A stretch of DNA of 63,456 nucleotides, the filler included, from Dirinaria sp. TL-2023a (lineage: Eukaryota): the NCBI GenBank assembly GCA_051941275.1. It is 12 parts of 12 records of this genome, joined end to end, with 100 filler letters (N's around TTAATTAATTAA, not from the genome) between each part and the next. Parts side by side here need not be neighbours in the genome. Positions count along the whole stretch, not along the records: positions 47,776 to 52,943 come from JAVEBF010001709.1; positions 53,044 to 58,201 come from JAVEBF010001710.1; positions 58,302 to 63,456 come from JAVEBF010001711.1; 9 more parts are not named here. One strand, 5' to 3'. Shown piece by piece: positions 49,245 to 62,100 of the stretch. Numbering within the stretch: position 1 is the stretch's first letter; every line of letters begins with the position of its first letter. The notes below the pieces were generated by a model that saw only the letters and a list, made by a program, of their open reading frames with translations, was not told the origin of the DNA and searched no databases. Both the position numbers and the translations under genes were made by a program.

Positions 49245-49685
49245 ATGGCCCACGTTTTCGCAGAGGTATGCTTTCTTTACCTGTGATCCAGGCGTGACCC
49301 CAGAAATACGAGTACAAACAGGCTTGCTGACTCTTCGTCTCTCAGGGAAGTGGCACGAAAGAAGGTCAACAGCCAGCTGGTCCTGAATGGAGAAGCAAAG
49401 TGGACCCTAAGGATCCGAGTCAAGTTGCCGAGGTAAGGAGACTACGAGATGATCCCTGCCAGAAGGAAGTGTGAGATGGTCTAGATTTCTGACGTGACAT
49501 CTCAGTTCCCTGAGATGCCTTACGAAGAAGGCTCTACAGCCACCGTAACCGGGGGAAGAGGGAAGAAGATCCTTGTGATCCACAAGAAGTTCCCGAACGG
49601 GAAGTACCAAATGAAAGATGGGGACAAAATCCTGCCGAAGCTATACGATGAGGCGGATCTTTCCCCGGCCACGAAGTTGGTTTGA
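49245..49685 (+). CDS. 95-aa three-exon microprotein with a putative SH3/Tudor-like beta-barrel
   Basis: CACCATGG start context and TATAAA at 49133. Exons 49245-49265, 49346-49432 and 49506-49685, both introns phase 0 with GTATGC/GTAAGG donors, CTGAC branches and CAG acceptors. Confidence 0.8.
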
Positions 49686-50111
49686 TTGGAAAGTGGAGGG
49701 GCGGCGGGATCCATTTCGAGACGGGCGTAGATGGAGGCGTTTAGGAAATCCAAGGTTTCGATTTCCGGCGACGAAATAGTTGGCTCAGAACTCAGACGCA
49801 ATGATTCTGATTGAAGCTTTCAAATGCAAGGCCTCCTTGTGATCTCGCGTTCGAGCCTGTAAAGAGGAAAGCCTTCAGCTGGGGTGAAAACTCCAGGCCT
49901 GATCGATTGGTGGCACCGAGAAGGCTCCGGGGGGCTGTGCAAATGGTCTCAGCCTCGTGCTAGTGGTGGGGCCCCTCGGCCGACCCTCCCATTGGAACCC
50001 ATTCCCATCCCACCTATCCAAGTACTTCATCTCAGCCGCACCCATTTAACCCATCGATCATGGACCTGGTGCCCTTCAGTTCAATGTGAATTGGATCATT
50101 GATGGTGAACC

Positions 50112-51751
50112 ATGGCCCGAGATACCCCATCATCCACATTATCTTCTCCTACAATTGTCCAAGAATCATCTCCAAATCCCAATGACCACATTATTAATGT
50201 CGAGGATGATCATGAAGAAAGCCAAAACAAGGAAGGAAATACGGACAGTGAAGAGGATAGAACCGTCGTGAGCCAAGGTAGACCATTGAATTTGTGGTGT
50301 GTACTGTCCCTCTAATAAGCGCAGAACCGTCTGAGAAAACACGGCATTCAAAGCTGTGGAGCTACATTCAAGGGCTTCCCGCTCCACTCCGCTCTCCTCG
50401 TACCTTCAAAGAGTACAGGGAGGAAGACGGCAGAAAGACGCTAGTCCAACGAAGTACGGGCAGTTCCTCATGCTCCATAATTTCTGAACTAATCCGCCAA
50501 AAGTCGATGATCATCCGGAAGGATACCCTCAATTTGCAGCTTTTCTCGACAGCGATGCGAATTTCCTGATCTGCCGAAAATTCGGATGGCTCAGAAGTAG
50601 AGTGCTGCTCTCTCGTCAAGATGAACTGAATCAATTAGAACGACGGCTCCTATCAATGGACGACGAGGACAAAGAAGAATGTCCCTTGGCGCTCCGGTCG
50701 AGAAAGATCGACGATGGTCGTCAAGATATAGAAGAAGAATATTCTAGGAAAACCCTTTTGCAAGAAATAGATGATAAGCTAGAAAAATATGGTGGGCTCT
50801 CCTGTCATTGATCTTGGACAGGCTTCGGCTGACTGAATTTCAGATCAATTGGTTAGCAGAATGATATCTTATGTATCGTTAAAAAAGCCATCTTCTAGGA
50901 ATTACGGCAGCTTCAACAATTGGTTTTGGGACAGAAAACCACTAACTCGCGAGGAAAGCCGCTTCACTCAGTGTGGTGATGATCTCGTTGCACTTTCTAC
51001 GGGCCAAGAAGACGGCTGCTTCGACGGCATGGTTGAAGATGCGCTTGATTGGTTTCCACGGTCACTCGTCAAGGTACAACCATGGCTGTTGTGCCTAGTA
51101 CATGGTTTGGAAACCTGCTGACTTAGAACTGTAGTCTATCTTCACTTCAGCTGAGCAACGTAAGAAGACTGACGACAAATATGTCCACTTGTACAGTAAA
51201 CGCCGGATCGACTTTCTCGTCCGCGTCATCCTCAGCCTTGTGACCGTCCTTCTTCTATTGCTTCCAACAGCACTTCTGTTTATGGTACCGGAAAGCAACA
51301 AGATTAAACTCGTCACCATTTTACTCTTTACTTTGCTCTTCAGCGCGGCATTGATGGTTTTTACCAAAGCCAAAAGGCATGAAATGTTTGGCGCCACCGC
51401 TGCGTGAGTCCTCCCAATGACTTTTACTTTTCTCAAACATGTCTGTCTAGAAGTGTCTTCATATATTTGGGAGAAAGAAAAAGGGCAAATAATCGTAATA
51501 TCTAATATATAATATCTGTTGGACGATGTAAGCAGCAACGCTGTGCTTGACTTTTCGACAAGATATGTCTAATTTATTTCAACCAAATCTGTTTTTGTTA
51601 TGTCAAGAAAACAATACTCTATATATCCTGCTAGTTCTATCCTACATCAATCTTGAAACTCATCAAAAATCACCACTGACCACCTAATCACAGCTACTGC
51701 GCCGTCCTGGTCGTTTTTATCGGTAATTTCGTGCCAAACGGACTGAACTGA
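50112..51751 (+). CDS. DUF6594-family membrane protein
   Basis: Spliced. Signature GYPQFAAFLDSD.NFLI.RKFGWL.SRVLL..QDEL..LE..L..MD; DDLVAL; C-terminal TM helices ending EMFGATAA|YCAVLVVFIG. Confidence 0.9.
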
Positions 51752-52943
51752 CATCCGCCAACCGCATCCGAAAGCAATTCACTTTTTGGAGTAAACCGCA
51801 CGTTGGAAAAGTCGGTTCACTAAAAAGTCTAAAATAGTCATTGGTGGCAGCTTCTTGTACAGAGCCGCTAAGAGGGACATATTTGTAAGCGACAGGCGGC
51901 CTAGCAATGAACGCAAAAGAACGAGTCACGAAATTAACGCTGACGAACATGGATGACGACGAGTTAACATGAGCGACAAGATATAATGATTGTAAACCGA
52001 GACTAGCATTACACAAAAATCGAACGATGGGACTAATCCTATCACCGCTTTCACGATCCTCAAAAAAACGAGCAACTGATTTTCGCCAACATATTCACTT
52101 TTTGTCCCTGCTACTATCATTACTTGCTACTCCCACCTCCCTTCCCCTATCCCTCCTCTATATAGCGTGTGTGGCTCCCAAGCATACCCCCCACTTTTTC
52201 CAAGCAAAGTGACTATATTGGCTTTGCCATGAATTTCCCCCATTTTTTTTTTTTTTTCTTTTTTTTTCTTTCGGGCAGCAAACCTGAAAACACGCGATTT
52301 GACCGTAGAGCGAATGTCAATTATCGATTTGCGAATACGCACAACCTTATGATAGGCTTCTTGATACATTGGTTATGGATCTGCAAACCCTTACCTTGCT
52401 ATATGTGTCATTCTTTCCTGGTCGTAGAAAACTCCCATTGACTCGAATCCGGTTGGCTTTGGTTTAAGTCCATGTAAAAAGACTCTTCTTCCCGACGGGC
52501 GTTATCCAAGTCCAGTTTGAAAAAACAACCGTTTCGCAGCTTCCTATCAACTATTCTCCTTCCAAATTCCTTCATCTGTGCTTGCATTCCTTCTTTTTAC
52601 TACATGTAGATAGATCTTGAGGATTGTGCAGAAGATATAGAGCGAAAAATGGAGATATTTTGGTCTATTTTATAGAGATTGTGGATGTTTGAAGGTCTGT
52701 GAGGAGGGGCTGTTAGAAGGAAGGGGAAGTTTGGGATAGGTACCGTACTCTAGATTGTGTATAGATCTAAAAAGCCACATAACACACAAGTCCGAAATCG
52801 GATACAAAGCAGAGGAAATCACTTATTTCCTCAAATCTACAAGAACTTAAGGAACGTAAGGTAGTTATAGCGTCAATACAAAATCACCCTCAAGCAGAGA
52901 AATTCTATCATCCTAACCCGCTCATGCCTGCATGCCCTAAAAT

Positions 52944-53043
52944 NNNNNNNNNNNNNNNNNNNNNNNNNNNNNNNNNNNNNNNNNNNNTTAATTAATTAAN
53001 NNNNNNNNNNNNNNNNNNNNNNNNNNNNNNNNNNNNNNNNNNN
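52944..53043. other. Artificial contig linker
   Basis: N44-TTAATTAATTAA-N44. Confidence 0.99.
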
Positions 53044-53142
53044 ATGTATGGTGTGTATGCACAGACATTTTCCTCATCCTTTATACATGACCTTTTTTCT
53101 TTTCTTTTTTTTTTTTTTTTTTAGATATGATTAAAAATTCAC

Positions 53143-54303
53143 TCACACCCCCATCTTATCCAAAATCTCGCGGACCCCCCTCTTCCCCTCCTCGCTCTCG
53201 TCCTGCATCGCCTCGACCATGTCCACCGCCTTGCTGCGCAACTCGGCGATCACTTTGCGCGTGTACTCGAAACTGCCCCTTTCCTCCATATACCGCACGG
53301 CGTACCTCTTGACCTCGTCGTCCGTCGTTTTCTGTTTCAGGATGTTGATCAGTTGCAGATTGGACGGGTTCGTGCGAATGGCGTGGATGACGGGGAAACT
53401 GAATTTGCCCTCGGTGAGGTCCTCGCACAGGCCTTTGTTGTTGGTGTACAGCGGGTCGCAGAGGTTGAGCAGGTCGTCGCGGATCTGGAACAGCAGGCCG
53501 ATGGTGTTGACGAGCGGGACGAAGTCGCGGCCCCCCGTCGTCGGGCTCGCCGTCTGCATCAGCCGCACCGCGAGCCGGAATAATCCTCCTGTTTTACTGT
53601 CCACCATCGCCAGGTAGTCGGCTTCCGAGGGGCAGGTCAGGGTGTCGCGCCAGAACAGGTCCATCCCTTGCCCGCGGTGCAGGCTGAGCAGTTCCTCGGT
53701 GTAGATCTGCACGGCGGCCGGGTTTTGGAGGGTAAAGAGCGCCTGCAGCGCTTGGAAGTAGATGTAGTTGGCGCTGTTGATGGTCTGCGCGGTGCCGAAG
53801 ATGGAGTGCGCAACGGGAATCCCGCGCCGCAGAAGCGACGAGTCCTCGACGTCGTCGACCAGCAGCGAGGCCGTGTGCAGCATGCCGATCACGTCTGTGA
53901 TCACGGCCAGCGATTCGGCCGGCACGTGCAGCAGCGTGTTGAAGGCGTCGATCAATTGTTTTCGGATGTTCTTCCCCGGGTGCGCGTCCATGTAGTCGAA
54001 GGGCCCGCGCAGGATTTTTTCTTTTTCTTCTGTCCACGAGTGGTTGGTGAGGGGTAGTAGGGTGGGGCCGTTGACCGGGTGCGAGTCCGTGGTGGAGGTG
54101 GACGGGGTGCCACTGTGCATTCTGTTGCGTTGCGCAATCCAGTCGCCTTCGGGGAGTGGTTTGAGGATGGGTTTGGTGGAGGACTGAGGCTTGGTGGGTG
54201 TGGGAGAGGTCAGGAAACTGGAGGTGATGGCAGCGTTGGTATTGTTCGAGGAGCTCGTGCGCGGAGGGATTGCATTGGGGGATTGCAAGCTTTCAGAGAC
54301 CAT
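53143..54303 (-). CDS. BTS1: Geranylgeranyl diphosphate synthase (al-3/ggs1 type)
   Basis: [56 protein letters not shown]. Confidence 0.95.
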   Translation of the reverse strand: MVSESLQSPNAIPPRTSSSNNTNAAITSSFLTSPTPTKPQSSTKPILKPLPEGDWIAQRNRMHSGTPSTSTTDSHPVNGPTLLPLTNHSWTEEKEKILRGPFDYMDAHPGKNIRKQLIDAFNTLLHVPAESLAVITDVIGMLHTASLLVDDVEDSSLLRRGIPVAHSIFGTAQTINSANYIYFQALQALFTLQNPAAVQIYTEELLSLHRGQGMDLFWRDTLTCPSEADYLAMVDSKTGGLFRLAVRLMQTASPTTGGRDFVPLVNTIGLLFQIRDDLLNLCDPLYTNNKGLCEDLTEGKFSFPVIHAIRTNPSNLQLINILKQKTTDDEVKRYAVRYMEERGSFEYTRKVIAELRSKAVDMVEAMQDESEEGKRGVREILDKMGV

Positions 54304-55767
54304 TTTGTTGTTGTCCTGCGCCTGCTCGATGCTGTTGCAGGCAGCCGTGACGCAGGTTGTTGGGCTGCAATCGGGTAAGTGAGTTTGTTGTGGGTTCTTT
54401 GTCGAACAGTCTTTGGCTCTCTTTCTTCCTGAGGTTTTCCGGGGACCCCGTTTTAGGGGATCGATCGAAGATCTTTGGTCGGGACACTGGGGCTTCTGAT
54501 CTCTGTCATGATCGTAAGTCCCATGAGGGCAAAGATGTTCGCCCTGACCGATTCGTGCTCTTTTTCGGCAAAATGAATATCCCTGTGGGCTGTCACATGC
54601 AAGGCGGCAAAGACCGACGTGGGGATTGCGGCTCTGCGGTCTTCCTGTTGCGGAATAGGAACTAGGTCGGTCACGTGATTGGAGTTGAGCCTTAGGGTAA
54701 AGTAAGATTATTACATAGTGTCAATTTACTGGCCTGTCGCCTATATTATCATCTGAATTGATTATTAGGGAAGTAAGGTAGTAGTAGATTCTTCTTGAAG
54801 TATCTTATATTTTGACTTTATGCAATCCCGAAGGCATTATTATGGGTGGTTCGATTTCCCCACAGCAGGTGATCCGCAAGTCCGGCGGGACAAGCTACTT
54901 TATCTTTCAAGAGATTTGTAAGCTGTGCATCAACATTCATTGGTATCAAGTATTAGTATGGTGTGTCTCCGTGGAGAACGACGTTGTCTGAGAAAACGAT
55001 GCATTCTCAAAGCAAACCGCTGGAGTGGACTGGAGAAGTATCAAAAGGGTTTTGCCCTCTTCCGTCACTCTTGGCCGGCACATTATCTATAGTTTTTTGA
55101 AGTTCATATCCTCAATGACTAGCATGTCTCTCTGTAGCCTGTCACTGACGCACGGTCTGATATTAGGTCGTTCAAGTGCAACAGAGACCTAGATGCCGCA
55201 ACATAATACCCGCTCTCATAGCGTCTCGACCATTACGCGGAAGAAGCATGACACAAACATACTACAGAAACGGCGGCAACTACATGTCAAACTTCCTGCA
55301 TGTAGATTTCCGACTCATTGGTGACTAGACAATGATCTTTATTCTTTGAAGAGTCACCAAGGATCTTAGATCTTCATCGATCGGATAAGGTTGCAAACAG
55401 CGTTCTAGCTTCACCCAACAACTATCAAGCACGGGCTCTATGAATAAGCAGCAGCTTTGTAGCAGTTTCATCCTTTGCAAACTCATTCCCTTCTTCCTGC
55501 GGCCTAGTAACACATCGCGGATTTGTTTCGATTCTTTGACAAGGAAGATCAAACATGACTCCCAAATCCAATATGTCAGGCCTATATTCTAACTTTTTCA
55601 TACATAAGAGGTCCAAATCTCCATTTCTTGAAGTCTTCAACCAAAGACCTCCAAACCAAAAACGCTCAAAAACAACTTCACCACTCTGTTAAGCGCAAGC
55701 ATCAGCCTCTCAAGTCATTCAAGCCAACCACACAACGAATCTTCTTTCCTAAATACCACGGAAAATT

Positions 55768-55893
55768 ATGGACGATACAGCCTGCCAGAACTGGAAAACG
55801 ACCACCGTCGTCCTCGCAGTTATCATCGGTCTGCAGTTTGTGGGAGTGACTGTCTGGGCAACTGTGGGGAAGGCACTGGAGCGGAAGCTTTAG
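55768..55893 (+). CDS. Possible 41-aa single-TM micropeptide or truncated pseudogene
   Basis: MDDTACQNWKTTTVVLAVIIGLQFVGVTVWATVGKALERKL*. Confidence 0.3.
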   Translation: MDDTACQNWKTTTVVLAVIIGLQFVGVTVWATVGKALERKL

Positions 55894-56512
55894 AAGAAGG
55901 CATCGAATACCTTGCCCAAAAGCACTGATGGACGCTACCAACGCATGTGGAAGGCTAAGGGCAAGAGAAAATTAGGCGGAGGAGTTTTGACATGGGCTGT
56001 GGAAAGACCGATCAGTCATGGAGGACCTAAATTCGTCAAATCCGACCACAAAGTCTACAGAATCAATATTGCGTGCGGGTACAGTCTGCAGCCGTCTCCT
56101 TTGAATTTGATGTTTTAGCAATCATGTACCTCTAATATGTTTGTGGAAACTTTGCACGCTTGTACCATAATGCATCACGCGTCATTCCCCCATACTGCGT
56201 CAAGATGATTTGCGGCCTCTTTTCTCATTATGTTAATTTTTAGGCAATCAGTGGGATGGTTGATCCCTAGTACGCGATTTTTTACTCATCTCGATCTCAA
56301 ATTTGCCAGTTCGCCACAACAAAGCTGTCAAGCATGAAATGCCCCCATTGGAATCAGACAAATGTTTGCGCGCCAAGTTTTTGTCAGAAAAAAGAAGGGC
56401 AAAGCTATGCAGAGGACCTATATAGCCGAAAAACTTTCAACCAATTGCTCGTCAGATTACGATACAAGCACATATCCCACACTTTGTAACGTCCACCGAA
56501 TACGTCCCAGAC

Positions 56513-56955
56513 ATGGCTTGGCCTACATGTGAAATCGTAGCGATAACGCTGGGCACATTAATGGGCGGATCGATCTTCGCATATGCTCTCTATGTGGCGG
56601 CGAAGCAATACCAGAAGCCTATACACCAGGAAATCGGCCATTTGAGAGCGCAGCTTGAAGATGTTCGCAACGAGATATCTAGGCTCCCGAACCAGGACTA
56701 CATCGATGGCTTTTACGACGAATACGCCAATGCGGTCGAGCAGTTGCGCGAGCAGTTTACAGAAACGAGCAATGAAGTTGTGAGGTTTTCGTGTCAACGA
56801 TGAGTGGCCTGTTTACATGGTCGTGCATTGGTAAAGTGGTTGAATATATATGGCTGACCTTGCAACAGCACGCGATGGAATACTTCATACATCATCCAAA
56901 TCGAAGACTTCGTCATCGGATACTGAACGTGTTCCGGCCTCAGTACCCGTGGTAA
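56513..56955 (+). CDS. Small orphan protein: N-terminal TM helix plus coiled coil
   Basis: ORF 56513..56803 with a hydrophobic N-terminus and heptads. A probable intron (GTGAGG..GCTGAC..CAG at 56868) leads to a short second exon; the 3' end is uncertain. Confidence 0.5.
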
Positions 56956-57978
56956 AGGTGCGAAATATGATCGAGCTTGAGACCTTCGAAACGGAGAGTG
57001 GCAGCGAAACACGGACTCAATGAATCGGACGCATCTGGGTAGAAGCGCCGTCCTAATTTGCCCTTTCATTACCATGCTTTTATGTACAATACCAAAGAAT
57101 AATGAATTATGAACCTTCATTCACTCTCTTTATTCGTTTCACAGCGTTATTTCAATCTCCACAAACGGGCTTGTGGATTGTATGTCGATGATAGGGAGTC
57201 GAATGTAAGAAAATTTTCAACAAAGCCTTCCTTTATGCAGAGCTTTGAGAGTTATTACTCATTCCTCGAGGGGATGCTTATTGCCCCCTTTTGGACGCTC
57301 AGCAAATATGCGATAATGATAAGCTTTAGAATCTGCCTGCACTTTGGGAAGTAAATGCAGAACTTCAATGTTGAAGTGCTGAGACGGCCGGCTAGCGATT
57401 TATAGCTTATGCCCTTGGGGACAACTGATATAGATCAAGCAAGTGTGGAGGGTCAAGTAATACATGAATCTCATCACGCTGGAAACCCTGTTCTTCTTTC
57501 TATAATAGTGACTGAAAAAAAAGAACATGCGGAAAGAAGAAGTAATCTTCACTCTTACTTAGATTTCATGTTCAATTATATTTGACTGTGAATTAGGTTC
57601 TATCCTGATTTATATTCTATTCTCACCTCTATTAAATTTCCAATCAACAATGTCACTATCTCTACAAGCTGGCATCTGAGCCCCGTTTAGCAATCTCTAC
57701 CGCACACATATATCATCAAGGCAAGGCTGCCGGATCTCGCTTCAGCAGTGCTAAGAACCATCTCATCCAATTCAAAAACCGACTCACAAAACCTCTAACA
57801 AAGCTCCGCTCCACCCACCACCCCTTTTATCCACGCCGCAAGACCAATTCTGAATCACGAACCAAATGCCATTCTTCCATCCAATCCTCCGCTTAAACTC
57901 AAATTATCATTTACTGCTCATTTAACGATCTAAGCCACTCAAAAGACTTGGATTAGATGGGACTAATGCCCTCGAGAG

Positions 57979-58010
<32 letters not shown>
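57979..58010. repeat. (TGAT)8 microsatellite
   Basis: Read directly. Confidence 0.95.
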
Positions 58011-58201
58011 AAAAGACTCAACCCAGCCTCGCTCAGCTCCGGGTCATTCATGAGTAAGGTAAATTTTGGATGGCTAGAGAGGGATTCACGGGAGTGGGTT
58101 GGGTTGGGTTGGGAATGGGATATTATTCTATGTAGCGTTGGATCAATAAACGGAAGGGTGTCTATCTCAGGTGGCTTGAGAGATGGTGAGGAGGATGGGG
58201 T

Positions 58202-58301
58202 NNNNNNNNNNNNNNNNNNNNNNNNNNNNNNNNNNNNNNNNNNNNTTAATTAATTAANNNNNNNNNNNNNNNNNNNNNNNNNNNNNNNNNNNNNNNNNNN
58301 N
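58202..58301. other. Artificial contig linker
   Basis: N44-TTAATTAATTAA-N44. Confidence 0.99.
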
Positions 58302-59149
58302 GATTTGGACCAGAAAGCGGCTATGACTCAGCAGTCCGGACCGATCGGAGTTGGCCCCGAATTGGATTTGGGCCCAAAACCACTTGGAACTATGGTTAGA
58401 AGATAGATGGTCCCAAACCCGATGACTTCCCTTCATTTTTCGACATCGTCCTCTCATTGAAACGATGTACAGACTCACAGCAAAGAATTCAGACTTGAAA
58501 GAGAATGAAGGTCTGCACTTATTAGAGAAAGCTCAGGGTGTAAGCCAGTGTCCAGACATTGGGTAAAGGAGTACTTAGTGAATTTTCCTTAAATATTACC
58601 CTTGTTGATTGTCAGTATCGTTTGTATACTTCAGACGAGTATGAATGAAGACGAAACATAATACGTTAACAAGAGCCGAGATTTCCGGGCGTACATGGGG
58701 TAGTCTAAAACTGGAAGATCTCGTTCAGGAAAAAGGGAGCGCAAAAATTGGGGAGTAACGAATGTTGGTTTTCCGATTCTGCGTCGAGAATTTAATCGAG
58801 ATGTGAATCTCGATTGCTCCACGAGCTGGGATATCAGCGTCTTTTTTGACGATAGTGCATCTTCTTTAGCAACAGCGGGGATTTCTGGATTTAGAATATA
58901 ATTCAGAGAAGCGATGGACGATGCTGAGTTTTGTGCGTGCTCTGTGCGTGGAGAAGAGAGACTCTGCACTAAGCTTCTCGTGTGGTTGTGATACCGCTGT
59001 CACAAAGTTCCGGTGCAGCGGATAAATTACATGACGGAGAATCCACCAGAATGAGGTCATGTGAAAATCTGCCCCACCCTCACCATCGCTCTGCTTCTTC
59101 CAATTTTTCCACAGGACGAGCCACCCTTACTCGTCGTCTTCAAGGCGTC

Positions 59150-62100
59150 ATGGTTCCACTTCCGAGAAGGCAGAATCCGCAGCGTCAGCCGCTGACCGTT
59201 TCACTGCGGAAAATCTGCGGGGACTATCCAGCCGGCGCTGGCGTCCTCAGAGAGCTGCTCCAGAATGCCGACGACGCCGGCGCTTCCACTCTGGTACATG
59301 CTGAACCATCGTCCTCGGATGTTCATCATTTATCCTGACCAGCTCTAGAAATTCGTCCTGGACACGAGCGCGCATCCGGACTCACCCGTCCTCGTCGAGG
59401 GTCTCTCCCAGTACCAGGGCCCAGCCTTACTGGCCTATAACGATGCACTCTTCTCAGAGGAAGACTTTCGGTCACTGACGTCCTTGGGTGACTCGAGAAA
59501 AATCCACGACAAGGCCGCGACGGGGAAATTTGGCCTAGGATTCAGCTGTGTAAGCTCCTATGGGCTCGGCTTGTTTGTCGCGTGGTCATTCGATGTTGAC
59601 TGGTCTTAGGTGTATAACTGGACCGATTGTCCGTCTATTTTGTCTGGATCCACCTTACTGTTCCTTGACCCTCACCATTCTTGGTCGAGAGTCTTCGATC
59701 CTCCTGGAGGCCCGGACTATGACTTCCGTGCTTCTGCGAAGGATGAGGCCATGGCGAACCACCTCCGTTGCTTTTCGCTTATCAACGTAGAATGGGAATG
59801 TCCTTTCGACGGAACGATCATTCGAATACCTCTCAGGAACACATCGCAGGCGAAATGGAGCGAGATTTCCTCAAAGAAGGCCTCGATACACGACGTTCGA
59901 TACTCGATGGACAGTTTTGCGGGCGAGATGGGTTCAAACGGGTTACTTTTCTTGAAATCTGTCCACCACATCGTATTGTCCGTTGACGATCAGCGACTTG
60001 ACGAGGTTGAAATTCTCAATAGACACGACTTGATTAGGTGAGTCGATGTCCATGATTGTTGTGCGCCTGAGCTAACTCCGAAGAGGCCAAAAGAACGTCT
60101 CAAGGATCTTCTAGATGGTGTCATGAATCACGGAGACCTAACCGGCGGCGAAGCTTACCATGAGGTCCGCCTTCGACACTGGGCCGCGAAGCGAGAAACT
60201 CTGAAGACGTTTGGCGTGTTGAATTCCGTGGAGGGATCGGCTTCCGACGCATCATTGGTGAGGTGGGCCGCGTCGGAGAAATTGTTCCCTTGGGTTGCAG
60301 TTGCAGCTCAAATCACGGTTCGTTCAATTTGCTGCATCTCCTGAATTGGAATCTTACAGCAGCTAGGATCACGATAGGAGCCAGGAGCCCGGGCGTCTCT
60401 ACTCCGTTTTGCCTCTCCCAATCTCAACCGGGCTGCCCGTTCACATCCATGGACTTTTTAGCATCTCCGCCGATCGTTCCAGGCTACACGGACTTGATGA
60501 TAGAGGCGTGCAGGACAGTCGGCCAGAGTCTTGGAATAAATTTCTCTTCAGTCAGATGATTCCCGGCGCATGGGCAAAACTTCTCATCAGCGTCTGCCAA
60601 AACCATCAGGTGCAGGACCTCTTCCACCTATGGCCAACGACTACCACCGAGGTCCATCAGTGGTGGTACGGCATGAGTCGTGCGGTAATAGATGTAGTTT
60701 CCCGAAATAATGACCCTGTTTGGTTCACAGAATTTGGATACGTGTCTATAAGAGATGGACTCTTGGCTTCTGCAGCTACCGATGTCCAGCAAAGAAGAGC
60801 ATGTCGAGAAGCTGAAATTCGAGTCATCTACTTGACAGATCAGTTATTTGGAGAAGCTCGTCAGACACCAGGAAGTCGAAGTCTCTGTCCTGAAACGCTC
60901 TATGAAGGTCTTCGAGAAACTCACAACTCCAAGCGCCTATCGAGCCAATCAAAGTTGGTGGTGCTGGAGTACCTTCAGCACCAAATCCCTCTGACAGACC
61001 TGGCCACCTTAGAGATCTTCCCATTTGAGGATGGAACTTTCCGGTCACTCACATCACCACCAATCTTTCTACATCGCGATGTCTTTGACAAGAAGCTTTT
61101 TGCAAGGCAGCCAGAAAGCTGTATAGATACAGATCGGGTATCGGAAGTCACGTCGACCTGGCTTCATGAGCAAGTAAAAGATGATTCGATCGTCCGTTAT
61201 CGAACCCCCGCAGACCTTTGTGATTATTTCTCAAACCATATAGCAAATGGATCGAGTGACACGCTTGTAATAGGCGAGGAAGAAAGGCCAATGCTGAGCG
61301 AAGTCTGGGACTGGATTATGCGACACTGTCACGGAGATTTGCCCCTCTCAGCCCTCGGATCTTTGTGGTTGGTGCCACTCCACGATTCTAGCTTCCGAAA
61401 GCTGATGCCTCTGGATGTTACAAATTCTGCTACGTGGTTTGACACCGGTGAAGGAAAAGAATTAGCTCTAAAGATTGTCGCTGTCGATCCCAACAACGCA
61501 CCTAGACTCATAGCGGACGACGCTTTGACCGATGCGGCTCTACGACATTTGCTTTCGTTCGCAGAAAAAGAACGTTCACTTCATCTGAAAGACGGAAAGA
61601 AGTTTGGAGACTTTCTCAACTTCTTAGACGAGGGGCGGATCCTGCTCCAGAGTGCTACCGAAGACGTGAAAGATTCGGTCTTTCGGATGGTGAAGGAACT
61701 CTACTTTGCTCGAAATGGCATTGACCTCGATGTCGACACCGATATATTGAGATTCCTGTGCATTTTCAAGGAGATTCAATGGCCGATTGATGCAGCGGAA
61801 TCATCGATGATGGTTCGATCCTCGACCGACTTGACGAGAAATGTTGATTTTGTGGGAATGAGAAAGCTTGTACCTCTCCCGTCGTCATCAGACCAGGTCT
61901 TCCTCGACGCCACTGATGAATGGGGACGCTCGCTCTTCGAGGATTTGGATCTGATGAAATGCTTGGACGAGATACAAATACTAGAAGAACTCGTCATCCC
62001 AGCCTTGCAAGACGGTGGCTATGAGCATATGGCCTCGAAGCTCCGTCTCGATGTGACGGAACTAGTCTTCCAAAACTACTTCCGCCTTTCTCCTTCCGCC

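Noticed and set aside
42501..51751. One large immunity island (NLR + DUF6601 + caspase-like + DUF6594)
   Set aside because: The two halves are separated by an artificial linker at 47676-47775; they are adjacent only because of length sorting.
53156..54378. Multiple overlapping ORFs on GGPPS
   Set aside because: Shadow ORFs of GC-rich coding sequence.
54671..54698. TCACGTGA E-box and a single TTAGGG upstream of GGPPS
   Set aside because: Single short motifs that could occur by chance; not a telomere array, and no factor can be assigned.
54800..54868. tRNA-like GGTTCGATT T-loop
   Set aside because: The T-stem is imperfect and I could not build an acceptor stem or D-arm.
5238..58301. Regularly spaced TTAATTAATTAA palindromes as a CRISPR-like or biological repeat
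   Set aside because: They are embedded in N runs and are a synthetic six-frame-stop linker.
58520..58969. Possible gene divergent from the sacsin-like gene
   Set aside because: There is a protein-like stretch and a plausible intron, but no clear start or recognisable domain, so support is insufficient.
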